Source: Amphiscolops sp. MND2022 (lineage: Eukaryota). From it: a stretch of 64,000 nucleotides of DNA. Below are positions 21,436 to 32,590 of the stretch, piece after piece; positions within the stretch are counted from its first letter, which is position 1; every line of letters begins with the position of its first letter. The stretch covers positions 84,506,001 to 84,570,000 of the forward strand of contig OZ076411.1 in the NCBI GenBank assembly GCA_964187785.1. Reading direction: 5' to 3'. The notes under the pieces are model-generated. The model was not told where the DNA came from. It searched no databases and was given only the letters and a program-made list of their open reading frames with translations. Made by a program: the position numbers and the translations under genes.

Positions 21436-23311
21436 GAGGCTTCGAGCGAGCGAAGCGAAGCGACGAAGTCTCTATTGTTCCGCGTTTACTAGCGTTTTGG
21501 TTTTTTTTCGCGTGACAAACCCTCTGCATTTGTATTAATTGAAGGCTATTTTCTCAGAGCCTATTTTTCCGCGACTATCCAAACTTTCCAAAAAGAAACG
21601 CAACTTGATGTTCTTTCTAACCGTGTAAAAACTTTCCGAAAATTTTCCACCGGCGCGATTTTATTAGCTTCGAAAGCGCGAAATTTTCGAAAATTTTTAG
21701 GGTTTTTGTCGATTTTGCTATTTTTCTTTTCGCAAACCACAGCGAATTGGCCCGATGTAGGTACTAACCGACGTAAAACGATGTTTTCTTTAATTTGGTG
21801 AAAGTTTTTTCATCCTAGAATTATTGGGCTTTGCGAAAATGACCATTAAAAATAGGAAAAATTTTCGTTTTTTTTGCGTAAAAAATTTCTCAACCTATTT
21901 TCAAGTAGCAATCAGTTCTAATCCAAGCAGTGGTGTTTCTACTCGATAACAGGTCTGCTTAGCTGCCCAAAGTTAGAAATTGGAAAGTCACAACGTTTAC
22001 GTCGGACAGATAGAGACAAAAAAGTTTTCAAATTTTTTGAATTTTTGATAAATTGCTTTCTTTATTCAATTTTGTAAAAGTTTTGGCCTATTTTCTCGGA
22101 GCCTAATACTTCGAGACCATCTAAAAACTCAACAAATTGTTGGAACTGAATTTGTTGGTGAAGATTTAAATGTTGTTGGATTTTCGGGCAGTTCATTGTA
22201 TATTATACAAATTGTGCTTTACTACGAATCTTGAAATGAATGAATATTTGATCCTTCAATTTTTAAATATACATTTTCCAAACTAATCTTAGGAAGGAGT
22301 GAAATGGACGAAGTTACCGGATCGGTCTTGTAAAAATGCATAGATTGCGGTCTGATTACCCCTAGTAACCCTCCTACTGTCTTATTTGCACGGCTGTTGT
22401 TAAAAATGCTGACTTCATCCTTGGAAGGTTTTTATTTATTTATACTGCTAGTAGAAAATGTAAAAATGCTCGAAGACCTATCGGCAATGTACATTGAATC
22501 CTATACTCCATAATTGCTTATTGATTTGCTTTGTCTCATGCCTGTAAAATTTTCGGTGAATAGTTTTTTTGTCCATTTTTGATGTCGAAAACCAAAGTTT
22601 TTTTCAGACCTCTCGATGTATGGGTTTTCGAGAGTGAGATCATATTGGACCACTGGAGTACATACTCACCGTTAGTTATTGATGATGTGGTTGTTTGAAG
22701 CGTAAAACCGCGAAATTTCCGTTCTTAACGTATTCTATCCAGTGAATATCTGCACAGAAGGTATTATGCATTACCGCAATATTCCTGAGAGATTTGATGT
22801 CATATGCAACGATTAAATCAAAACAACACTAAGTTATATTCACACCTCGCTGTGCAATGATATTCAACTACGTTGTATTGAAAACAAAAATGATTTCGGA
22901 TCTTTTCGTGATTTTGCCCCTTTCGCAAATTTTAACAGGGTATTCATCCTCTGGAATACGTTTCCAACGGTGCCCACTGATGCTGGAAGGTTGTTTGATG
23001 CACAATTCAGCTAATTTTTAGAACTGAAAGTATACTTGCTAGTGATGGCACATATCAACCGTCCTATTGATAACTAGGGCAGCCCTTCCTTTTATATAGT
23101 GGTAAAGGCCGAAAACGTTAAGCTTCATAGGATTAATACCCGCAATTCTTTTCAATTTCATTGTATTTTGAGCATTCTCGTGCCGTATACAACCTTAGCT
23201 ATTCGTCATAGCTAATAACTTGGTAATATGGTTCAAATGCACATGATGATAGTCAGTTATGGCTGCGGGACCTGTCGCTCGAAGCCGTGCGCAAATTCCT
23301 TTGCGCCTATG
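21436..23311 (+). mobile_element. Non-autonomous Helentron-like element (HINE), 1876 bp, inserted in pPolB
   Basis: Sits in a T-run. 12-bp subTIRs GGCTTCGAGCGA (21438) and TCGCTCGAAGCC (23275). A (GCGAA)n microsatellite follows the 5' subTIR, and the 3' hairpin is GCGCAAA-TTCC-TTTGCGC (23289-23306). Removing it restores HHILK|NLQLKPGEK in pPolB. Confidence 0.8.
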
Positions 23312-23658
23312 TTTTAATATGTGGTGCGAATCATATCGAGAGAAATTGTGAAAAAAAATTGGGATGAAGTTTGTTGATTTTGCTCTGAGATTGCATTTTG
23401 AATGTGCCACCCCAAAGATTTCACCAGTCAAATGGCAATGATGAATGACCCGCGTTGACTTTTCAGCATTCTTACCACAAATACAACAATGTTTCGAATC
23501 TCCAGATAAATAATTTTTCCGCTCCGATTTTGAAATTCGCATTCAGCGAAAAGTTTGCTTCTCATGATAACACCACAGTGTCCATTCACGCAGAATAGAA
23601 AGTAATTTATCGATACAATTGTGGCCGCGATAGAAGGAACTTTTCACAACACCATCAG

Positions 23659-23718
23659 CTGAAAAGAAACACTTGAAGCACAGAAAAAAATTGAAAATGA
23701 CAAAATTGAACCACTCAC
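23659..23718 (-). other. 60-nt GT-AG spliceosomal intron within Polinton pPolB
   Basis: AG|GTGAGT donor, T-rich body and TTTTCAG|C acceptor. Splicing joins IDMR-A-DGVVKSSFYRG and removes an F-rich 20-aa stretch. Confidence 0.75.
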
Positions 23719-25266
23719 CTCTCATGTCAATAAGAACGGCTCTGTAACTCGCAGGGTACTGTCGTTCAATTTCACGCGTTTTGGATCTTTGGTCGGAGCC
23801 CGATTCCGACTGTGACACATTGATCGCCTCCAAATCAGCGTACACCGTAAAAGGACATCGTTGTGTTTTTTGCCAATTCACAAAGTCAACATCTCGGTAT
23901 TGTCCGGGCATCAAAATTTCCAAAGGGGCATTAGTTTCACAAAACTTCAAATGCGGTTGCCTGTTTTGTTTTGATATCGGCTGGTAACAATTGCGGCAAA
24001 AACGGCTCTTCGGGCCCGCTTCTCGTTTTTTGGGAGATCGTGATAAATGGTGAACAATGTTTGAGAAATTCTTTATAAGACAGTAGTGACTGCGCTTTCC
24101 ATTGACAGGTCTTAAAAGATCCACTCGGCGTCTTGACTTCTTGTTCTTGCTGTTTAAATGTTGATGAGTTTGTTGTCCTCAAGTTGGTAAACGTTGATCG
24201 AGCACTTATTTCTCATTTCAAATGAGCGAATTCCTGAAAACGGCATTGGCATTTGCTTGGGGTCGAAATTCAGTTTTTCAATGTTTTTCAAATGACTCTT
24301 CGGTCTGAAGGGAGAACCAACAAAAGAAAATAACGCAGCTGCAATGCAATAAAGAAAACAGAAGCTATCTTTTTTATTGATGATGTTCAATAGGCTTCTT
24401 TTGAGATTTCGAAGGATTGGAGGAGTCTCAATGTAGGTGCCAGCAGGTGAGGTGGCAATCTGAGCTGCTTTAACTTCCAACCGGGAGAGTTTCTCGACAA
24501 CCCAGCCTGAACCGCCAGTGGCAAACATATTCAGCTGAGACATTAGCTGATCAACATGACCCAAGAATTCATCCATGGTCATTTCAAGTGACACCCTTAC
24601 CATACCATTGAAGTAAGCTTCAGTTGATTCATCCAGTAAAGGTTTCATGAGGCGAACGCCGATTGAGAAGCCAATTCTAACGCTTCTCGCAACTTGCAAT
24701 TTTGAATTAATAAAGGCCAGTAATTCGTTTTTGAACGACACCAGGCAGTTGAACGGGTCAATGAAACCCGAGATTTCCATTTTCATTCGATGGATTTGAA
24801 GGCGAGAATTGAACGCCTGAGTGGTAAACTCTACGGTTGCTGACGCCGACTGGGAAGTTGGTAAAAGTTGGTGCAGATGGACTGTTTCCTCATGTTCGTT
24901 CAGAGTTGTCAGTGAACCAAAGATAGTTGGACAAGCTGGGCATCGATGGCTTCCATTCATATTATGCTGAGAGCGTAAATGCCTCAGCAAGTTTTTAGTT
25001 TGGGTGAATGCTACGAAGCCGTGGCCACACTGAAAGACTTTGGTGACGTTATTGGTATTGGGGTGTTTTGTTCTGAGATGATTAGTGAGGGCCCGTTGTG
25101 ATACAAGAATTTTTCCGCATTCATGGCATGAATACATTTTATACGAACGCCGTGTCTAGAATAATTGTCATCATAGTCTCATTCCAATCTTTTTATGGAC
25201 ATGAATGTTCAAAATGGTGAATTACACAAAGACGCACATTTGATTTTGAACTAAAGCAATAGTGAT

Positions 25267-25676
25267 CAGAGCCGCATATACAGTAAAGGAGTCGGATTAG
25301 GTCTTTTGCCTTCCGACTTGCTTGAATCTCAGTCATACGAATTTGATGAAATTGCACACAAAGGACCTTGATATGGTGTAGAATGACTGAACAAAATTTC
25401 GTTCGAATCATATGGACAGTTTTTGAGAAAATCGAAAAATGGCCGTTTTTGGTCATTTTTGGGCTAAATTTGGCTATCTTTCTCAGATACCAGTCATACT
25501 CTATCAATGCCATTGCGCACGCAGGAGCATCTCTGGGTGTAGAATGACTGTGCAAAAATTATGTAATTAGTATGGACAGTTTTTGAGGAATTCGAAATTT
25601 TCATGAAAGGTCGGTTGAAAAAAAAACAAAAAAACGATACGATTGCATAAGTAGTCGAAAAAATTTTCCGACTCCT
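25267..25676 (-). mobile_element. 410-bp HINE-like element (third family) inside the Polinton
   Basis: subTIRs AGGAGTCGG/CCGACTCCT with a terminal hairpin and a T-run at the 5' end. A homologous 410-bp copy lies at 33972-34381. Confidence 0.65.
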
Positions 25677-25967
25677 AAAAATTTTCATCGGGAATGAGGC
25701 TATGATCCACGTTTTTTCATGTAATTTTACCCTGTTTTTCTAAGTTTCAGAATTCAGGAATAAAAGGGTTTTCGTTGTTCAATCAGAAATAACGTGTTTC
25801 CTTGAATTCTTAATCAATGTTATACTCCTATTCAGTTTTGTTCTTTTGGCTAATTTCTATGATAATTTTCGTGAATTGTCAGGAAATGGCAAAATTAGTT
25901 GATAAGATCAATTAAAGTTGAATCTGTTACCATTGTTGAAATGTATTGAATTCAGAATGCACCTTTT

Positions 25968-26158
25968 TCATTAGTTTGCATTAGTAAACATTCATGACAA
26001 TTGGCATACATTCCGCTCGGTATGGTTAAAATGAACTTTAATCTTTCTGACTTAGAATGATTTCGGTTGGGAGCCCTAAAAGTGAGATAGGTTTCTGACT
26101 TAGAATAATTTCGGTTGGGAGCCCAAAACATCGTTTAACCCCCCCTGCTATTACTACT
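25968..26158 (-). repeat. Polinton right terminal inverted repeat
   Basis: Inverted copy of 10090-10279, ending ...GCTATTACTACT and followed by TSD GTTAAG. Confidence 0.95.
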
Positions 26159-26929
26159 GTTAAGCGTATCCATTCGGGTACTTTTTGGCACTGTAAACTT
26201 TGAGCTTCGTTTTTAGTCGCTACTTTCCACTAGTGTCAAGTTTTTGTCATCGGACACTCTGAAGCGTGCCCTTTCATAATCAATAATTTTTTTGTCTCAT
26301 TTATTTCTCTTACGAGGTTTTTATACTACAAGCAACGGATGTTCAATATTTTATTCGAATATTATTATTGCCTAAAAATAAATTTTTTTATTTTCAGGGT
26401 GGAAAGAATAAATAATTTTAATTTTATTGCTAAATTAATTATTTTTATTCTCAGCGAAAAACGGATATCAGCAAAAACTTAAATTGGCCATCCAAAATCA
26501 GGCCAAAACGCGACTCTTAATGGAGTCTTCGACCTTTTGAGTCGGTAGTTCAAGGTACTTGACAAAGGTCTTTCTAGAATTTAACTCAAGAATTCTGTAT
26601 TTTGAATTTAATTGGCTGACGGTATGTTGAATTAAACGCTCTAAGCTTGAGTTATCTCAAATATAATTATTTTTATTTTAACAGGTACAAAAATAATGAT
26701 TTCTATTCATTTTAGTGTAAAAATGAATTATTTTATTATAATTATTCTTACCTATAATTATTTATTGAACACCCCTGAGTACGAGATAATGTTATTACTA
26801 CTATCCTGAAATTTCAAAGTATCCTACGCTGCTGCAGGAAAAAGTTCGGTTACAAAAAAGTCCGGAAGCTAAAGTTTTTATTTCTGAAGATGGAGAAAAT
26901 GAGAATAAAAGCTATTCAATGTAATAGTC

Positions 26930-27387
26930 AGTTTCAGTTTCAGCCGTTGTCATTTCAACCGCCCACAATTTCGACCTATTGCACTTTCAACTTTCTGCAA
27001 TTTCGATCTCTACTAATATTGGCTACTTAATCCCAATCAGTTATATAATCATTTTAGGTTGTTTTCAGTTTCATACATTGCTAAAACCAATTATGCTAAC
27101 GTTTACGCCAGTTTTCATGTTTTGGCTTCTTCATGGATAATTCGGCTGCGTTTTTATTTTAGTACATTAGTTAGTTATGAATCAAACCGGTTTCATTAAT
27201 GCATTAACTAAACCAGTTTGATTCATTACTTTTTATTGTACTGACAGAAAAAGGCACCCGAATTAACCCTAATTAGCAAAAATTGGTTAATGTCGAAATT
27301 GCCGAAGTTTGAAAATGCAATAAGTAGAAACTGTCAACGGTTGAAATTACATAGGTTGAAATTACATATGATGAAGTGTCATGTAAC
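26930..27387. mobile_element. Foldback-type MITE with long imperfect TIRs of ~20-bp subrepeats
   Basis: atttcaacc/ggttgaaat subrepeats in inverted arms. The end tgtcatgtaac matches the start gttacatgaca of the related copy at 54537-54958. Confidence 0.55.
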
Positions 27388-27539
27388 GATTACTAATGTA
27401 ATGTAATAAAAACGCAACCAAATTTGGTGTAATTAGCAGAAATTAGTTTGGGTTGAAATTGCCGAAGGTTGAAAATGTAGTAGGCTGAAATGGCGAACGA
27501 TTTTAATTGCATCGAATGAAATGTGATGTAACTGTCAGT

Positions 27540-27855
27540 CAGAGATTTGACACCGCTAAGTAGCGACATAGCGGTTGTGCAGGAATTTTTCAGCGATTTC
27601 ATTTGCGATTCAAATTAGCGGTAACAAACAGAAAGCCCGAAATCAACATTTCCTCAATCTTACACAGGGTTTTAAGATGAATTTCAAAAATATCCGACTC
27701 TTACCCCCTGTACCCCCTGTAAAACCCACACAGTATAAAAAATTCTTGTCTGTTTTTCTTGCAAAACTAAATTAGGTTATTCAATTCGAAGAAAAAAATT
27801 CAGCGAAACAGCGATTTTTAAATTAGCGGAAAAAAGTAGCAATGTCAAAACCCTG
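27540..27855. mobile_element. hAT-type MITE (316 bp)
   Basis: TIRs CAGAGATTTGACA/TGTCAAAACCCTG with 8-bp TSD CTGTCAGT (27532-27539, 27856-27863). An inverted fragment of the same family lies at ~28225-28306. Confidence 0.75.
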
Positions 27856-27891
27856 CTGTCAGTAGACTACATGTAGTAATATTAGTAATAT

Positions 27892-28155
27892 GGTATATGG
27901 AAAATTTGTCGAAAACAACTCGCCGAAAATATTTTACGCATAATATAGCTTTTTTAGTTATAAAATTGCTTGAAATGTTACACTGCTATAGTTTACAGTA
28001 CTTCATAATTATTTAAAAATTCATAACACTGTATGATCACAAAGTTAGCACTATATTTGCCTGAAATTATTTTTTGTTCCTGCGACGAGTTTTCCACCGG
28101 AGAATTTTCGACCAGTTGTTTTCGTCTAGTTGTTTTCGACGAGGTTTTCTACATT
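27892..28155. mobile_element. MITE with GAAAAC(A)ACTCGTC subrepeats
   Basis: Inverted homolog of 44243-44723. Shares the core gtgatcata...actataaa and the inverted subrepeat arms. Confidence 0.6.
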
Positions 28156-28384
28156 CTATACTTTCATTCTGGAATTCCGTATATACTCAAGAGAAAATTT
28201 TGCATTTGGACAATCTATTAGATTCCGCTAAATTGAATCTCTAATAAAATCGCTGAAAAAATTCTGCGTGGCCGCTAAATCGCTGATTAGCGGTATCAAA
28301 AGTCTGCTTAGAATTTGTGTCTTGCATACGATTACATTTTGCGTCAATATTTCAATAAATTATTGACAAAAATACCTTTTTTGA

Positions 28385-28607
28385 AATAAGCCGGGAATGG
28401 CCCAAGTCGGCGCCATCCATATCTAAGACTCACAAATTATGTGAAATTTTGGGGAAAAACGAAAACTTTATATCCGAACTTTGAAAACGGTATATCCGAA
28501 CTAAAATATCTCGGCTAAAAAGTTGAACAAAAAAGTGGACCATTCAGAGTGAACTGAAAAAAACTACCCGCTGTAATAGTCGGGCTTTTTTTCTCAAGGG
28601 CGGCCTT
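28385..28607 (-). mobile_element. Short copy of the dominant HINE-like family
   Basis: Hairpin GCCGGGAATGGC and subTIR AGTCGGCGC. Degenerate far end ctgtaatagtcgggctttt. Confidence 0.6.
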
Positions 28608-28659
28608 ATTTTTTGGCCAATATGGTAGTAGTAATATGGTGGTGTGGTGTGGTGTGTAC

Positions 28660-28886
28660 CTGCATGAGGTAGGCAGAGTATTTCCTCTGCAGCAGGAAGA
28701 CAGTCTCCAGGGTGGAGTAGTTGAAGGCCCCGTACGGCACTTTGTGGTGCTTGGTGTAGGCCCTCTGCAGGTAGAAGCCCAGGTGGTCCACGTTGTTGTT
28801 CTTCTCGTCTATGTGCACCCCCTGGCCACTCAGCTGCTCCTCCCCCTCCCCCAGCTGAGAGGACCCGTTCAACACTTCTTGCTCCC
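28660..28886 (-). CDS. Cys-loop channel exon: loop F to loop C and pre-TM1
   Basis: Phase 1 acceptor tttttgccag| and phase 0 donor CAG|gtacac. Encodes ...HLGFYLQRAYTKHHKVPYGAFNYSTLETVFLLQRKYSAYLMQ, which joins VYLPAGL of the 3675 exon. GC-rich relative to its flanks. Confidence 0.9.
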
Positions 28887-28948
28887 CTGGCAAAAAAGGA
28901 ACACTCTAGCAACAACAGTGAAAGGAACACTACTACTAGGTGAACCAA

Positions 28949-29406
28949 AACAAGCCGGGATCGGCCCAAGTCGGCGCCATATCTAAGGCTCAAAAATACC
29001 AAAAGGACTTCAAAATGTCAAAGTATTGGTGAATTGGGGACTCTTTTATGGATTTTTTTTTCGAAAAAAAGTCTCACAATGCCGAAAAAATTGAAAGGGG
29101 GGACCATTTGGGATTTTTCAAAATCCATTGTGTCCAAAAATATCAAAAAATTGAAGGTGGGATCCTTCGGTGAAAAAAATTTTTCGAAAAAAAATCTCAC
29201 AGAGCCGAAAATACTCTTTGGCCCCGTTGAGTTTCTTGAATGATATAAAAATACTACTTCGTAAGCTAAGAATTGTAAGAAATTGAGAAATTGTTAGATT
29301 GTAAGAATTGTACGAAAAGTGGACCATTCAGAGAGAGATTGTCAGCTGAAAAAAACTACCCACTGTAATAGTCGGGCTTTTTTCCTTAAGGGAAAAGGCG
29401 CCGACT
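28949..29406 (-). mobile_element. HINE/DINE-1-like element, dominant family
   Basis: aacaagccgggatcggcccaagtcggcgcc ... aaggcgccgactaaaa with central aaagggggg repeats. Confidence 0.75.
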
Positions 29407-29636
29407 AAAAACGGAACGCACAAACATTTAGGTCTTCAAAATAGTAATATTTGTAAACAAGAGACTGAGAATGTTTCAATTTTTCTAGCAGTTATTTAGG
29501 ATGAAGCTCTTGATACGTAGTAACTAAGCATGGTTTGAACCATCAGAATTCGTCTAGACGTCCTGGCCAGTCATAGCGGTAACGAGTGAAAGTTGGATCA
29601 CTTCTCAGAAAAGATGCTAAATCGAATGATCCACAG

Positions 29637-30073
29637 CAGAGATGCAATTGGGTCAGTGGGTCAATGGGTCGCTTTTTTTCGTGGGTCAGGTGGGTCATGA
29701 GTCACGGCCGAAAAATATGATGGGTCAAAGTTTACCGGGCTGTCATTAGCATCCTACAAGAACGAAGCGCAAGAACATGGTGCAAGCCTATTGGATCCTC
29801 TTCAATGGTTGTCAAAAAACAGAAAAACTCTGCCAAAACTCAAAAATGGCCATTATAGTGCCTTCAACGCACGTCATATTATCACACCACTGAGAAATTC
29901 TCCAAATGTTTTTGAAGCTGTTTCTGTAAATTTGGAATGTTACAAAAATCTTTTGCTTTAGAATTTAACTTTCCTAGTAGCACATTTTTGAATCAAGTTA
30001 TGGGTCATGGGTCAGAACTCCGATGGGTCAAGTGGGTCATGGGTCGAACATAAGTGACCCACTTGCATCTCTG
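29637..30073. mobile_element. hAT-type MITE (437 bp)
   Basis: TIRs CAGAGATGCAA-TGGGTCA / TGACCCA-TTGCATCTCTG, 8-bp TSD ATCCACAG (29629-29636, 30074-30081), and multiple subterminal TGGGTCA motifs. Confidence 0.85.
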
Positions 30074-31828
30074 ATCCACAGTAGCATTCAAAGTTGTGAA
30101 ACGTTTGTTGACAATTATTTGAAACTCCTGGACTCGAAAATTTTTGTGTTCTGTTTTTTGTTCATCTAATACTGCAGTACTGGGGATAAATATCATCCCC
30201 AGGCAATTTTAGGCTCGAGTTTCTCGAAATTGATTAAAACTCATCAGAAAATTCATCCAATTTACAATTTTTTGACATTTTCTGAGACAAAAATTGTGAA
30301 AGTTACATATAGCTGACTTTGAGCAACCTTGGGATTATTTTGGCATTTTTCTAATTTTTTATCCGTTTCACTTAGTTTTTTTTGGCAGATTTTATAAGCT
30401 TCTAACTCCCCACGTATACTGAAGCCATGGATATATTTTCGTTTTAAAAACCAAGCTCAAAGGGTAACATTTTCTCAATTTACATGTATTAAAATAGGAA
30501 ATTAGGTTTTCGCGGTGAAAAACCGGGTATTACTTCATTCAGAGCGTTTCTGGCACAAAACTATATCGATGAATTCTAGAGAATCTGCAAAATTCGAACA
30601 AAATGTTTAGAAGAAAATCAAAAATCTCTTCATAACTGGGAAAATAACTGAAAAGTTCTTTCTGCGCCTGAGATGTCACTTAATGTACCAATCAAAATTG
30701 AAAGTGGGAGCAAATGAAAACTTTTGATTAGTTGATAATATTGCTCAGTGCATTTCTTAATTAGAGAAATGTAGATGAACGAGAACGAAAGGCAAAGAAA
30801 AGAATGAGCTTCAAAACTGCAAATATTTGGCAACATATGGTTCAAAACAATTTCGAAAACTGCGATCCAGCTTGTAAATCATCAAGTTGACAACTCTTCT
30901 TTCAAGCGAACGAACGTTCAAAAGTGAACGAGTTTTCTGGTAAAGACGTCTATATTAGACGTTCCAACCGTCCCTAGTTGAAAATGTGATGACGTAACAA
31001 GGGCTTCGATTTGAATGATTGACAGAGAAAATGAAAGTCCTGAAATTAGATTTGAAATTAATTTGTGAATCAAGTGAACAACGTTTCATTACTTTCCATT
31101 CCAAGCGCGTCTATCCAACTTCAATTCCATGAAAATGTGTTCAAGTCCGCGGAAATATCAACAGAACGGTAATGCCTTAAGTCGGCGCTCGTTGAGGGCT
31201 CAAACTCTTTTAGATACTCTAAAAGACTGTTGTCCTGAAAACTCTGGAAAAACTCACTGCCAAAAAATACCCTTTGTGCATAAAATGACTTTCCTAAAAG
31301 AAAGGGTCAAAAATCAAGAGGGACTTTTTGGTGACATGATTTTTGTCAGAAGTCGCACAGTGCCGAAAAAATCGCTGAAGGGTACCCTTTCTCTGGATGT
31401 AATTTCAATCCTTTAGGCCTCTTTTAGTACTCTTTTGACCTTGGGCTAGAAGGTTGAAAAAAGTTGACCATTTGCAGTGAAAATGTTTATCTTCCAAGAA
31501 AAAGAACAAGACGCCCGCGGACCAGCGGGATATTTTCCGCCCCAAATCATTTGAGCAACAAAATCGTTTGAAGTCCAAAAATCTTTACAAATACATATCG
31601 CATGGAACTGAATTTATGTCAGTTGAATTCTGTGAATGTACTTCTTCATATTACGTAAACAATAATTCTTGGCAAATTTTGTAAAAAAACCCGTTTGATT
31701 TAAATATTTTCCTTTCTCATATGAAATATGGGCGGAAAATAATAAACAATAGTTCTTGGCAAATTTTTTGAAAAAAAACCGTTTGATTTAAATATTTTCC
31801 TTTCCCTTATGAAATATGGGCGGAAAAT

Positions 31829-32590
31829 AACAAGCCGGGAACGGCCCAAGTCGGCGCCGTATCTTAGGCTCACCAAATTGTGAAATTTGGGGAAAAATCG
31901 ATAGTGCTATACGAGAAATGAAAACGTTATATCCGAACTTTGAAAACGTTACATTCCAACTTCGAAAACGTTAAATCTATTCTATTCTCACTAACTAAGG
32001 TCTAAATTAAGGAGTTAGAAGAATATCTATAGTTTACTGACTATATCGTACATACCAAAATGTATATAATGAAGTATCTAATTTAATATGTAGATAAGTT
32101 TTGTTTATCAACAATCAGGTAGACTAGACAGTTTGTGAACCGAAACTCGGTAGAGGTCAGAAACCGGAATGAATCGAATATGACAACATCCGAACTTTGA
32201 AAACATATCCGAGCTTTGAAAACGTTATATCCGAACTTTGAAAACATGACATCCGAACTTTGAAAACGTTATATCCGAACTTTGAAAACGTTATATGGGA
32301 ACTTTGAAAACGGTATATCCGAACTTTGAAAACGTTACATCCGAATTTTGAAAACGTTACATCCGAACTTTGACTTTGAAAACGTTACATTCGAACTTTG
32401 ACTTTCAAAACGTTACATCCGAACTTTGACTTTCAAAACGTTACATCCGAACTTTGAAACGTCCGAAGTAAAATATCCCGGCTAAAAGGTTGATTAAATG
32501 AACAAAAAAGTGGACCATTCAAAGTGAACTGAAAAAAAACTACCAACTGTAATAGTCGGGATTTTTTCCTTAAGGGAGAATCCGTTGACT
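31829..32590 (-). mobile_element. HINE-like element with an expanded internal minisatellite
   Basis: Hairpin GCCGGGAACGGC, subTIR AGTCGGCGC and end ctgtaatagtcggg...gttgactaaaaa. Confidence 0.7.
32186..32468 (+). repeat. 22-28 bp minisatellite (gaaaacgttatatccgaacttt)n
   Basis: About 11 contiguous units. The same unit occurs in shorter arrays at ~28470-28505 and ~31918-31975. Confidence 0.85.

Larger units (their letters stand above)
19419..25137 (-). pseudogene. polB: Protein-primed family B DNA polymerase with three N-terminal C2H2 fingers and an EndoVII-like module, interrupted
   Basis: Starts at ATG 25137 (three C2H2 fingers, GSGW, HYCLIKN). Then CCIC...HCHLTG...AHSKCNL, HNFSRYDSH, LRFLDS, and the palm motifs FDETSLY, KLMSNACFGK and YKDTDS. 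C-terminal FDDKRYIL...LAYGHY ends at TAG 19419-19421. Lesions: 1-bp deletion ~24155, TGA 23543-23545, HINE insertion 21436-23311, frameshift ~19665. Intron at 23659-23718. Confidence 0.95.
10090..26158. mobile_element. Polinton/Maverick (adintovirus-like endogenous virus), full length and degenerate, 16,069 bp
   Basis: Termini AGTAGT...ACTACT, ~190-bp TIRs and identical 6-bp TSD GTTAAG (10084-10089 and 26159-26164). Contains pPolB, DDE integrase, packaging ATPase, adenain-like protease, and major and minor capsid genes. Confidence 0.97.

Noticed and set aside
23195-23311. C-terminal tail of ORF 23195-23542 (RRKGICARLRATG...)
   Set aside because: Read-through into the HINE insertion. The real pPolB frame resumes at 21435.
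28544-29002. Overlapping ORFs 28544-29002 (-) and 28636-28986 (+)
   Set aside because: Alternative-frame and antisense shadows of the GC-rich channel exon plus HINE sequence.
32186-32468. Regular 22-28 bp repeat array as a CRISPR
   Set aside because: Units are contiguous with no unique spacers, so it is a minisatellite.
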